Origin: Eledone cirrhosa
Lineage: Eukaryota
DNA: 64,000 nucleotides
Reading direction: 5' to 3'
Assembly (NCBI GenBank): GCA_964016885.1
Contig: OZ024741.1
Span: 7,626,001-7,690,000 of the forward strand
The notes under the pieces: model-generated
Told to the model about the DNA's origin: nothing
What the model saw: the letters and a program-made list of their open reading frames with translations, nothing else
Databases searched by the model: none
In this document: positions 26,972-39,974 of the stretch, piece by piece
Layout: each line of letters opens with the position of its first letter
Position numbering within the stretch: the stretch's first letter is position 1
Program-made: the position numbers and the translations under genes

Positions 26972-27449
26972 GGATGTTTTCCCAGATAAATTGTAGTATC
27001 ATACATATTAAAATCTCTATAACTGTTACATTAAGCAACGTTTTTCTTACTCACACATTCTCTATTGAATTTATTACGTTTTCGCATTTTCTCATAATTA
27101 GGGTATAAATGTTAAATTTTCTCTCAGGCTAATCACTACCTTGATTAAATCTTAACCATTTAACATCTCAGGGTATGTCATGTATCATTATATTTTGTCT
27201 GGTGAGGACGTACTGTTGTAGATCCGAAATATGTATAATAAAATGTAATTGATCAAAAGAACATCTATTTTATTAATATTTGTATTATAATATTAATAAC
27301 TCCGGAAAATTATTTTCCGTAGAGTGCTTCCAATCTACTGTAAAACTCATTCTTTGACATACTCATTGAATATTGTTTAACACTTTAATACATATTGCTC
27401 CCAACTGGTTGAGCGCTTTTCTATACAATAGATTGTATATTCAATAAAT

Positions 27450-29734
27450 ATGGATCTCTTAAACTTCCCGACTTCCCTCAAAGATATACCCAAACCTTCA
27501 AATGAAGAATACACAAAGAAAACTATCGAACAGACAAACTCTTTTATTAGAAGATTGAGATGGAGAGCTTTTCATTTCGAAAATAAAGATGCTGAAAGAA
27601 AAACCAACAACAATCATTTAGAATCTTTATTTAAATCAAGAAAAAATCCTCCATACAACAAACTTCTGGAGGTTTTTGAAACAGAAATGCTCGGTATAAT
27701 CAAAAAAATTAAATTTAGGAAAAACCCATATATAGGTCACCAATACCTCAGAACTCTAAAAGATAAAATCACTGAAATAAAAAATGTTAACAAAGTACTG
27801 GTTAAATCGGACAAAACTAATAATTTATATGGGATAAGCAAAGATGAATATAACAACTTGATTTTGAAAGAACTTAGGAAAAATTACAAAAAAGCCCCGG
27901 CTGAGGATCTTACTGAAATTAATGAAGAAGCCTACAAATTAATTACCAATTTAGGAATAGAAGGAAGAACTGAGCCATTCATACCTAGACAGCCGAGGAT
28001 CAACCTGAAGGATCATAAAAGAAACTTTAAGGAAGAGATGCCAGTTAGACTGATTGCTCCATCGAAATCGGATATAGGAGTAATCAGTAAAAACATCATA
28101 GATAGAATATTACCCACTCTTAAATTGAGATCTAGTTTGAGCTTGTGGAAAGATACAAACGAGGTTATAGAATGGTACACGAATATAGAAGTTAAAAAAA
28201 ACCCATAAATTCATCCAGATGGACATTACTAGCTACTATTCTTCCATAACACCTACCCTCCTAAATAAGGCCCTTTCATATGCTTATAAGCATACTGATA
28301 TAACCACGGATGAAATAGACATAATACTAACAGCCAGAAGAACTCTTATTAACTTCAATAACGAATATTGGACACGCTCAGATAGAGATAGAAACTTTGA
28401 TATCACTATAGGTGCATCCGATTCCGCGCAAATCACAGATCTTCTGGGAATTTTCATTTTAAACATGATAAATAGAAAATTGCCGGAGATTACCGGTGGT
28501 TTATATAGGGACGACATTTTATTTACTGTGGTCAAACACAACAATATAGAACTAAATAGAGTAAAGAAAAGTATAATAGAATTCTTTAAAACGTACGACC
28601 TTAAATTAGAAGTAGAAAATGGTACCAAAATAGTTAATTTCCTAGACGTTACCTTTAACTTAAACACTGGATTCTATTACCCTTTTCATAAGCCTAATGA
28701 AAACTTAAATTATGTTAGTAACTATTCAAATCACCCGAAATCTGTAAAAAAAGCTATAGTAAATAGTGTGCAAAAACGTATTAATAAAATATCAGCCAAT
28801 AAAGATATATTTGATAAAAACGCTGAATACTACAACGCGTTAAAAAGAGCAGGATATATGAATAATATAGAATATGTAGATAATAATAATCCAAGTATTA
28901 TTCCTAATAATAATAATAAAAATAATAACATATATAAGAGAAACTCTAATAATTATAATTTAAACCCCCATACGCCAAATAAATCGAGAATACGAACTAG
29001 ATCTAAATCAGTCATATGGTTTGCCCCCCCCCCCCCCTGCTTCGGTCGCAGTTAAAACACCAATTGCAAAATTATTCTTTAACGCTCTTGACACCTCTTT
29101 CCCTACTCAACATAAATACCATTCCATTTTTAATAAACATACCATTAAATTCTCACATTCTACAACTATGAAGATGGCCCAAAACATTGCCAAATTAAAC
29201 ACTAAAATCCTAAAACCAAACCAGCATAATGATCCTAATAATAGAGTTAACATAAATGATACTAAACCAAAATGTAATTGTAGAAATAAAACTGATTGCC
29301 CTTTGCAAAATAATTGTCTAGATAGTAATTTGGTTTATAAATGCACCGTAAAAACTGATCACAACACATACAACTACATAGGATCAACCTCTTCGACATT
29401 CAAAGCCCGATTTGCGAACCATAAATGCTCATTCTCGAACTCTAAGAGGAAATCATCCACGACTTTATCACAGCTCATATGGCCATTAAAAGAGAGGAAT
29501 TTAAAATACTCCATTCTTTGGACAAAACTTCGGAACGGTGGAATTTACCGTAACTCTAGTATATCAAATAACTGCGCGCTCTGTACAATGGAGACCCTGT
29601 TGATTATTAATAACTATGAGACCCTAATTAACAAAAAAAGTGAATTATTCTCTAGTTGCCCCCATAAAGCTACGTCCACTTTTTTAGCCTCCCATAAAAC
29701 GAGAAAAAAAGAGAGAATAACATTAAACCATTAA
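27450..29734 (+). pseudogene. PLE RT + GIY-YIG endonuclease, split by two frameshifts
   Basis: VKSDKTNN, RLIAPSKSDIG, DITSYYSSI, LYRDD, NFLDV, SNHP, CNCR..CPL..CL, LVYKC..YIGST..FKARFANH, CALC; breaks at the A run near 28200 and the C run near 29030. Confidence 0.92.
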
Positions 29735-30373
29735 TAACTTGGTTGCCAGGAATATATAATCAACAGGGAAAAACATTAATGGCCTTTAATATTGCTTTAT
29801 CTTATAGCTATCTATAGAAGAAATAACGCTCGAATGAAAGACACTTGTTCAATAACATGCCGGAACATTGATATACATAACATTATTTTATTAACTTTGA
29901 TCAATACCATTATTTCTTTATTTCTTTATTTCTCTATCTTTCTTCCTATCTATGTTTTAAAGTTTAGTTTAATACCCAACCCATACATCTTTACGGAACT
30001 TATCTATAACTGTGAATTTTTAATGCGTTTTTGATCTCTTATTTATAGTATAATATAATATAGTATATTATAATATGTATGTAATTATAATTTTTTATAT
30101 TTTAAAATATACCTACTGCACTTTAAAATCTAAAATTTATAACAGATTAAAACTTATATATAAATGTGAATTTTTTGGTGCATTTTTGATCTCTTATTTA
30201 TAATATAATGTATTATAATATGTATGTAAGTATATATTATATTTTATATATTTTTAAATATACCTACCACATTTCTATATCCATGATTCAAATATAGAGA
30301 AAATATCCAAACTAAAAATTATTATAGACATTATTTTGAACTCTGAATTATCCATGCACTTATTATTGTTTTT

Positions 30374-30440
<67 letters not shown>

Positions 30441-30443
<3 letters not shown>

Positions 30444-30499
30444 AACCAGTAAGACCCCGACAGCTGAGCTCAAGCCGTTTCGAAGGCTAATTCTGGACT

Positions 30500-30530
<31 letters not shown>

Positions 30531-30676
30531 TTTTTTAGTCCAGAATTAGCCGTCGAAACGGCTTGAGCTCAGCTGTCGGGTTCTTACTGGTTCCTATTAC
30601 CCACTCTACTACCTCAAGTATTGAGTACTTTGGTGCGTTATGGTCCACCTGGTTCCTTACCACATTTCCTTCGTTA
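30441..30676. mobile_element. small fold-back pLTR derivative nested in (TA)n inside the PLE 3' UTR
   Basis: About 58-bp inverted arms around an A-tract/T-tract centre, plus an 80-bp tail; relatives at 11121-11200 and 62921-63112. Confidence 0.75.
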
Positions 30677-31835
30677 TATATATATATATATATATGTATT
30701 TAAATGTAACACGTTGAACTCTATTTTATAAAATTATAACCGTTATCATTTACCTAAAGTATACCGCACCACTGATACCTAATATATATCTATATATACC
30801 TCCCTATATCTTCCTATACATAATTTTTAGTTAACTTCTAAATTTCTTGATTATGTATACTCTGAACTAAGAATAATTAATGCATTTACACCCAGTTATA
30901 TATAGGTGTTTATTTAACCTTAACATACCTCAATCTATTATTTTATTTTTATTTTCGTTATTATTTACTTAAAATATACTGGCTCATTAATATATATCTA
31001 TATACATAATCGTTATTTAAATATTTCTAACAATAAATATTTCACAAGCTTTACATACCTAATATGTTGGTATCTTCGTTAAAGAATAATTAATGCATTT
31101 ACACCCAGTTATATATAGGTGTATATTTAACCTTAACATGCCTCAATCTATTATTTTATTTTTATCTTCGTCGTTATTATTTACCTAAAATATACTGGCT
31201 CATTAATATATACCTATATACATAATCGTTATTTAAATATTTCTAACAATAAATACTTCAAAAGCTTTACATACCTAATATGTTTGTATCTTTGTTAAAG
31301 TTTAAATTTAGGAAAATAATCAACAGTATAAAATTTCATTCTTGATGTGCCAGCTAAATTCTTTAAATGTTACCCTCATAAAACTCAGAAGCTTAGAAAT
31401 GTTAACACACTTATAGAATTTATAAAACTAATATATAAATAACCAGCAAATAATCCTGAAATCTTGATTCTTCACCCTAAAATTATAAATTAAATATTTT
31501 CAAAATTAACCGTTTAACTTACGGGAAAAATCTCCTTCTGCATATATCACCCTCCCCCATTTATCTTTCCCTCTCTATAAATCCTTTTCCAGGGGCTATC
31601 ACTGGCTGTTATGATTCATGAGATGTTTTCATAGATAAATTGTAGTATCATACATATTAAAATCTCTATAACTGTTACAACGTTTTTCTTACTCACACAT
31701 CTTCTATTGAATTTATTACGTTTTCGCATATTTCTCATAATTAGGGTATAAATGTTAACTTTTCTCTCAGGTTAATCACTACCTTGATTAAATCTTAACC
31801 ATTTAACATCTCAGGGTATGTCATGTATCATTATA

Positions 31836-31886
31836 TTTTGTCTGATGAGGACGTACTGTTGTAGATCCGAAATATGTATAATAAAA
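31836..31886 (+). ncRNA. hammerhead ribozyme in the 3' pLTR (the 5' copy at 27193-27243 has CTGGTGA)
   Basis: TTTTGT-CTGATGA-GGA..TAC-TGTT-GTA..TCC-GAAAT-ATGT-ATA-ATAAAA. Confidence 0.8.
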
Positions 31887-32025
31887 TGTAATTGATCAAA
31901 AGAACATCTATTTTATTAATATTTGTATTTTAATATTAATAACTCTGGAAAATTATTTTTCCGTAGTGCTTCCAATCTACTGTAAAACTCACTCTTTGAC
32001 ATACTCATTGAATATGGTTTAACAC

Positions 32026-32112
<87 letters not shown>

Positions 32113-32226
32113 TATATGTGTGTGTGCGTATGTAAAAGGTAAACAGAAATAACAACACAATCGGTACAGTATATGGAAGGGATATATTAGGTTAACGCTT
32201 GATATAGCAGGAAGAGGGTCTTAACG

Positions 32227-32262
32227 TCTTAACGTTTCGGACGCTAGTCCTTCATCAGAAGA
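32227..32262 (-). ncRNA. minimal hammerhead ribozyme
   Basis: TCTT-CTGATGA-A-GGAC-TAGC-GTCC-GAAACGTTA-AGA. Confidence 0.75.
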
Positions 32263-32351
32263 AAGAATCAGAAATAATATAGATTGAGGGGACGGGCGGG
32301 TTGGAATTGGAAAAAATATCTTTAGATAAAAATACAAGGTCCATTCATATT

Positions 32352-32386
<35 letters not shown>

Positions 32387-32571
32387 ATACAATAACAGAG
32401 ATAGCTTAAAGCTAAACTCTGACTGGTAACCATCTCACTCAACAAACATTAGGTTATATGTTAGTATAACCGAATTTAAGTGTTTGGGGTGCTAACTATA
32501 TGTATTATGTGGAAAGCCAGTTGTATTATTTTATGAGCTATAATTAAAGTTAAAGTATATATATATATATG

Positions 32572-32990
32572 TTATTCAGAATAATAATAAATGAAGACAT
32601 TCACATAATCAAAATATATGTTTTATTATATATATTATATTTCGAAGGTACTGTGTTGTTTTTTTCAGTACGTCCTCGTCAGATAAAATACATGAATTGA
32701 TGTATGACATACCTCAACTGTCTTGATAGTTCAATTCCAGTATTGGCAGTACTGGATTTGAACTATCAAGACAGTTGAGGTATGTCATACATCAATTCAT
32801 GTATTTTATCTGACGAGGACGTACTGAAAAAAACAACACAGTACCTTCGAAATATAATATATATAATAAAACATATATTTTGATTATGTGAATGTCTTCA
32901 TTTATTATTATTCTGAATAATATTAATAACTCCAGAAATCTTCCATTTAGAGTGCTTTTAATCTATTGTAAAACTATATTCATTGAGTAA
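32572..32990. mobile_element. near-perfect 350-bp palindrome of a PLE pLTR with an HHR in each arm, plus tail
   Basis: 32572-32740 is inverted to 32749-32920; HHR at 32804-32871 is TTTTAT-CTGACGA-GGA-c-GTACTG..CAGTAC-c-TTC-GAAA..ATA-ATAAAA. Confidence 0.85.
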
Positions 32991-33192
32991 TCAATGAACC
33001 ATGGATATTGGAAGTAAAATATGTTTGATAACATCTAATGTTATTATATATCATAGTCTGTGGTTATATATATATATGTATATATATAAGGAATGGTATC
33101 GACCTTAATTAGTAGTGATTTACAGAGGTTGGCTGAGGAGATGGGAGTATCAGCCCTTTCCCTTGTCTTTAACCTGTGCGCTCCCTATTTTG

Positions 33193-33258
<66 letters not shown>

Positions 33259-33632
33259 AGATCCGCTAAGGTGAAACAATTGTTCTCGGTATGGTGAACT
33301 AACTGTTGTATAACCACTTCTACCAAACTCGTCCCTTGGACTGAGTGCTCTACCACTACGGATATTACCTTCCAGTGTTCTACCTTTCTCTCTCTCTCTC
33401 TATATATATAATATATATATTTTAGGGAACCAAGAATCAGTGTTACATTATATACATATTTAATTACATATTACATATATTTCACTGTCGATCAGCTCGA
33501 GGAACGATCTATTTATGATCGAACCTGACTCTGTAATCGGAAGCTCCTTGGATATGTGTTAACATGTAGACTCGTGTCTACAACTCTTACACGCAAGTCT
33601 ACATGTTAACACATATATAGTGGTATTCTATA

Positions 33633-33664
<32 letters not shown>

Positions 33665-33845
33665 CATGCATACACACCCATAGATACACAAACATACACA
33701 TATAGACTACACACACACATACATATGGTGGTATTCTATATGTGTGGAAATCCTTGGAAATATGCCATGGATATTGGAAGTAAAATATGTTTGATAACAT
33801 CTGTTATATATCATAGTCTGTTGTTGGGAGAATATTACCATAGTT

Positions 33846-33878
<33 letters not shown>

Positions 33879-34454
33879 GTGACAACAATAACAACAACAG
33901 CAAACCACTCTCGCCACCAGTAACAACAGTAACAACATCAACAACACCATTAACAACAACAACAGTAACAACAGTAACAACATCAACAACACCATTAACA
34001 ACAACAACAGTAACAGCAATAACAACACCATTAACAACAACAACAACCACCAAACCAGTAACAAGTGAAATATCGAATTTATCACACGAAGAAGACGACA
34101 AAACAAACAACAATAAACAGAGAAAAGATATAAAAAAACAAAAAAACATGTTTAAGAGTAAAAGACATAAAAAGAGAAAGTAATAAAAGTTTCCTTACTT
34201 TAGCCAAAGTCTTGTAGTGCCACATTAAACAGAGTTATGAGGACTGACAAAGGGTATAATATATGGGATCTCGTATATATGGACCCCTTTTGAGGGAGTC
34301 GTAGGGGCACTATATTGACAGAGGTTGTTGGGCATTTTAAAACCTAGCAGGGGCCATCTCCTCCTCGGGTCTGAATATAGGGGATTTCTTTCAGAGATAG
34401 ATAGAGAGAGAGTGAGAGAGAGAGGAAGTGAGAAAGAGATATAGAGGAAGAATC

Positions 34455-34695
34455 AATCCCAGTACTTGACTGGTACTTTTTATTGACCTTGATGGATGAA
34501 AGGCAAAGTTGACCTTAGCAGACTACAGAGAGAGATAGAGAGGGGAGAGAGGGGGGGGGGGAGAGTCGACTCCTCGTACTTATTTTATCAACCTCAAAAG
34601 TAAGAAAGGCAATATTAACCTCGGCCAACTTTGAACTCAGAGGAGAGATTCGGAATGAATGTCGCAAAGTATTTTATCAGCCAATCTAACGACTG
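34455..34695 (-). mobile_element. decayed SINE fragments
   Basis: GGATGAAAGGCAAAGTTGACC and TTTGAACTCAG motifs shared with the 6077 family. Confidence 0.6.
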
Positions 34696-34859
34696 TGGAT
34701 AGAATGAACAGTTGAAGAATATCTTCTGTTGGTCTTTTACTGGTGGAGGCGGCCATTTAAACGTCGCAGAGAATTGGTTGGCGAAATATATTAACTATTA
34801 ATGTTTGGTATGGTCTTTGTTTTAGTGGTGTAAGGTGACGTCGGATAAGAATACTTACA

Positions 34860-35570
34860 GACATACATATACATACACATATATGTACATATTTACACCT
34901 GTACATATGTCATATACATATATGTACATATTTACACCTGTACATATACATACACATATATGTACATATTTACACCTGTACATATACATACACATATATG
35001 TACATATTTACACCTGTACATATGTCATACACATATATGTACATATTTACACCTGTACATATGTCATATACATATATGTACATATTTACACCTGTACATA
35101 TTTACACCTGTACATATGTCTTACACATATATGTACATATTTACACCTGTACATATACATACACATATATGTACATATTTACACCTGTACATATGTCATA
35201 CACATATATGTACATATTTACACCTGTACATATGTCATACACATATATGTACATATTTACACCTGTACATATACATACACATATATGTACATATTTACAC
35301 CTGTACATATGTCATACACATATATGTACATATTTACACCTATACATATGTCATACACATATATGTACATATTTACACCTGTACATATGTCATATACATA
35401 TATGTACATATTTACACCTATACATATTTACACCTGTACATATACATATAGATATATGTACATATTTACACCTGTACACATACATATACATACGCATATG
35501 TGTACATAGTTACACCTATACTTACACATATACATATATGTACATATTTACACATATACACATACCATAT
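34860..35570. repeat. 38-40-bp minisatellite
   Basis: Unit CATACACATATATGTACATATTTACACCTGTACATATGT with variants. Confidence 0.95.
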
Positions 35571-36119
35571 ACCGATATACATTTTTCAGACCCCCCCCCC
35601 CGCACTCCTACTAAATTCTGCTAATCTATCAGCGGCGAAATATTATTTTAAGTCGTAGCGTTCCAGCGACAATTAATTTTCTTTTTGCATTTTCTACATG
35701 ACAAGAAGAAGTACATTACAAGAAATCCCACATGTTATAACATAAATAGGATCGGTTGGGGTCTCAATATGTAAACTAAACGACTAATTCTGGCTTTTTA
35801 AAATATCAACAGAGACAACCTAGAAAAATTACCGAGGAGCCTTATCAGGCATGAAACACGTGGAATACTGAAATATATCAGTGATTGATTAAGATGAGAT
35901 ATATCAAATATATAGATTCATAATATATATATATATATATGATATATATACATAAAATATATAGATACATATCAGGGATGTATAAAATATAGATATATAA
36001 TATATAGGTGGGATATATAAAATATATAGATAAATAATATCTAGTCTATCCAAGGAAAATTCAACTGATAAGGCATGTTTCCTTGGCTATGTCAAAATTT
36101 ATAAAACACACTTTGTATG

Positions 36120-36173
36120 TTATCTGATGAAAGCATACCAAAGGTTTTGGTACCCTTGAAATATATATAATAG
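36120..36173 (+). ncRNA. hammerhead ribozyme in a solitary pLTR fragment (36050-36312)
   Basis: TTAT-CTGATGA-AAG..TACCAAA-GG-TTTTGGTA..CTT-GAAAT-ATAT-ATA-ATAG; related to 62199-62890. Confidence 0.7.
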
Positions 36174-36310
36174 AATAAATATGGTTTTATAAATATAGTT
36201 TCCATTTATTTAATATCATTGAATATTTACTCCAGAAACTGTCGAGTGCTCTGAATCAGTTATAAACATTTATATTTGTTGAATTTCCAACAAATTAAAT
36301 ATCCCTTCTA

Positions 36311-36343
<33 letters not shown>

Positions 36344-36346
<3 letters not shown>

Positions 36347-38990
36347 GGAGGTGAGTTTTATTGTAGTACAATAAAGCAATGCAGATATCGGATAATAAGC
36401 ACTCTACAGTTTGTAGGACTGGAGTATACATAATATATAAGAACAAAAGATGGTTAAAAGAGTTCCATGGTTTGGTACTTCTGAAGTGATTAGCTGGTTC
36501 AACGAATTGAATAATAAAAGCAATCTAAAATTTGTTCAATTTGATATTGCCAGCTACTATTCTTCTATTTCGCCTTCACTTCTCAATAATGCTCTATCTT
36601 TCGCACTTAAATATTCTGACATCACCACAGATGAACTTCACATCATTCTCACCGCACGTAAAACCATCCTAGAGTTCAACAACGAATATTGGACCAGAGC
36701 CGATACCTCTAACAACTTCGACATCACAATGGGAGCATCCGATTCATCCCAATTGACAGATTTAATTGGTATCTTTATTTTGAACTCTTTGAGTCGGAAA
36801 ATTCCTCAACTTCGCGGTGGAATTTATCGTGACGATGGACTCTTTACTATCTTAAATTGCAACATAGTTAACCTTAATATTATTAAGAACAATATATGTA
36901 ATCTCTTTAACCAACATAACCTAAAAATTGAATTTGATAACAGCATCAAACTAGCTAATTTCTTGGATGTATCTCTTAATCTTGACACTGGCCTATATTA
37001 CTCTTACCATAAAAACAATGAGAACCTAAATTATGTTAACTTTAAATCTAACCATCCTACTAATATCAAGAATGCTATAGTTAGTAATATTGGAAAAAAA
37101 TATCTAACCTATCTTCTAATAAAAACATCTTTGATGCTAACGCCAATTACTATAATAACGCGCTTTCTAAAGCCGGCTATCCTGATAAAATTAAATATAG
37201 TAAAGAAACAAATTCTAGAAGAAATTACAGTAGAATAATTAATCATGATCATTCCAATAACTAATAAATGACCTAGATACAAAAACATAATCTGGTATAA
37301 TGCTCCTTTCTCCATCTCTATTAATAACAATATTCCTAAATTATTCTTTAATGCCTTAAATAAATGCTTCCCTCCCTCACATATCTATAGTAAAATATTT
37401 AACAAACACACTATAAAATTTTCCTATTCTACATCCTCCAACATTTCCAACATTATCTCTAAACACAACAATAAAATACTAAATACTAAATCTCTTCCTT
37501 CCAACACTGAATATCATAATATAGTACTCCCGACGTCATTGTAAACCCTAGGCTAATTTCTACAAACCCAAATACAACGTCAAACACAACTTCGCTAAAT
37601 GTTCTTAATCCCATTCTAAATCAAGAAACTATTATTCCTATCGCAAATAACTTCTCCAATCCAATTCCTTCTATAGATAACACTAGGTCACTCATTAATA
37701 ATCTCTCTAATCGCAATTGCAATTGCCCTATTAAAAATAAATGTCCTCTCAACAACCATTGTCTTGATAAAAACTTAATTTACGAGTGTAAAGTTATAAC
37801 TGACACCAATTCCTTCACCTATTTTGGCTCCACTTCCACCTCTTTTAAAGCTCGTCTTTATAACCATCATTCGTCTTTTAAATACAAACTTAAAAGAACC
37901 AACACGGCTCTCTCAGAACTCATATGGTCCTTGAAAGACAAAAATATTAAATATAGCATCTTTGAACAGTTCTCTATCCAAAATTTGCAATCTCTGCCTA
38001 AATGAAAAATTTACCATTATTTCTAATTTAGATTCTATAATAAATAGACGCACTGACTTGTTTTCTATCTGCTTGCATAAATTCCATAAAACATTTCACA
38101 AAGTATACAGCTAATATTCAATTCTTTATCAATTTAGAATCTTTTTCTCAAAGGCACATATATATATATATATATACACTTCTTTTAAAAATATACCCAT
38201 CTTTCTACCTTATTTCAAAGGTTATTATACATTCTATAATACTTGTTACTCATTCTTCTCTTCTTCTTTTAATGTCTAACCCCTAATCTGTACCTTTTCT
38301 CACTCTTGCCTAACATAGAATCAATTACTACATAATACAATACATTCTTACTCTATACCACCTTATAAAAATCCTTCGTAAACATATACATTTTTTGACG
38401 TTAGATTATTCATCCTCAATTCATTATTCTTTTCTCCCTTTCATCTAACTCATTCATCTCACAATATTTCCTTACTTAAATAACCTGCTGTTCCTTTTAA
38501 TAATACATATCAACATCTTCTTAACATCGCACATATTATTAAACCCTTAAACATTATTCTCAATGCATATTAACATTTTCTTTTTTCATCGCACATATTA
38601 TCAAACCCCTCAATATACAAACCTTAACTTTACATTATTTTTCTCTTCGTTAATTTTCAAATTCTTTTAATTTATTCATTATATTCCAACGGTTTTCAAC
38701 CTCTCTATGTAAAACAATATATCTTTCTCAGTTATAAAAGCTATCTCTCTCTCTCTATCACCCATCTCTCCTCCTATCTCATCCTTCCTCATTATACTCC
38801 TCCCTCTCCACTTTTTACTCTCATCTCCTCCTCTTTTCCACCCCCACCCCTCTAAATAAAATATTTTCCCAATATCACACATCAATCTAAAACTACTTCT
38901 CATATGTTGATTTAAAACTGAACTATCCTTTCATCTTTCCAGGACCAATAAGATACCAGTTATCTACTGGAGTTCATTTAATCAACATCC
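36344..38990 (+). mobile_element. 5'-truncated degenerate Naiad-like PLE with a short inverted pLTR piece
   Basis: ORF 36450-37238 has FDIASYYSSI and IYRDDG; CNC..CPL..LIYEC..YFGST near 37715-37870; 36430-36469 is the reverse complement of the pLTR end seen at 59233-59266. Confidence 0.88.
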
Positions 38991-39041
38991 CTCCTAAATT
39001 GTTGGTCTTAGAAACCGTAATTATTGTCATTACCATACACA

Positions 39042-39116
<75 letters not shown>

Positions 39117-39117
39117 G

Positions 39118-39165
<48 letters not shown>

Positions 39166-39204
39166 TTCTCTCTCTCTCTCTCTTGTTCACTCCTTCTATA
39201 TGTC

Positions 39205-39245
<41 letters not shown>

Positions 39246-39281
39246 TTCTCTCTCCCTTTCTCTCTCTCTATCTTGTTCACT

Positions 39282-39406
<125 letters not shown>

Positions 39407-39974
39407 ATATTTACAGTTTATGTGGGTCTGGGCCAATAGGGGTTAAGTATCTTTGTCAGTCTCTCTCTATCTCCGCCTCTCCACCACTCCCCCTTCTATA
39501 CCCCTCCCCCACCCCTCCCTCTCTGTTATCTACAGTCTACCTCTACTCCAACATAGGTTAGGTATCTGTGCTACAAGACAGCTCTGCCGATCAGTTAACT
39601 ACAATTCTCAGTAGAGATCGATAAAATAGCCTGATAAAAGCTAGGTGACGGATCATATATCTGTAATCGATACTGCTATGTAATTTCCATGTGAGGAATG
39701 TGATATCGATTGTAAAGGCTAAAATAGGGAATTACTGAAAGGTTATTGGGAAGGGGGGGGGGATTGCAGATAATTGAAGAGGGAGAGAAACAAATGTGAT
39801 CTAATATAGAGTTGATGATGGAGTTAGGACTGTAGGGGTGGGGACTGGGGTGGGGAGAGGTATGGGGCTGGTGGGGGAGAGGAGGCTAGGATGGGCGAGA
39901 GGGAGGTAGGGAGGGTGTTGGAGTGGACTGGGGGAGAGAGATAGGGAGACAAACATAGAGACATAGATGTAGGA

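Larger units (their letters stand above)
26973..32032 (+). mobile_element. near-full-length Penelope-like element (Naiad-like) with direct pLTRs
   Basis: Direct repeats 26973-27390 and 31622-32032, each with an HHR; flanked by (TA)n; RT + GIY-YIG ORF; 213-bp tandem duplication in the 3' UTR (30869/31082). Confidence 0.92.

Noticed and set aside
35832-35863. CCGAGGA-GCCT-TATC-AGGC-AT-GAAACACGTG hammerhead-like string
   Set aside because: Core substitutions, no stem I and no valid cleavage triplet
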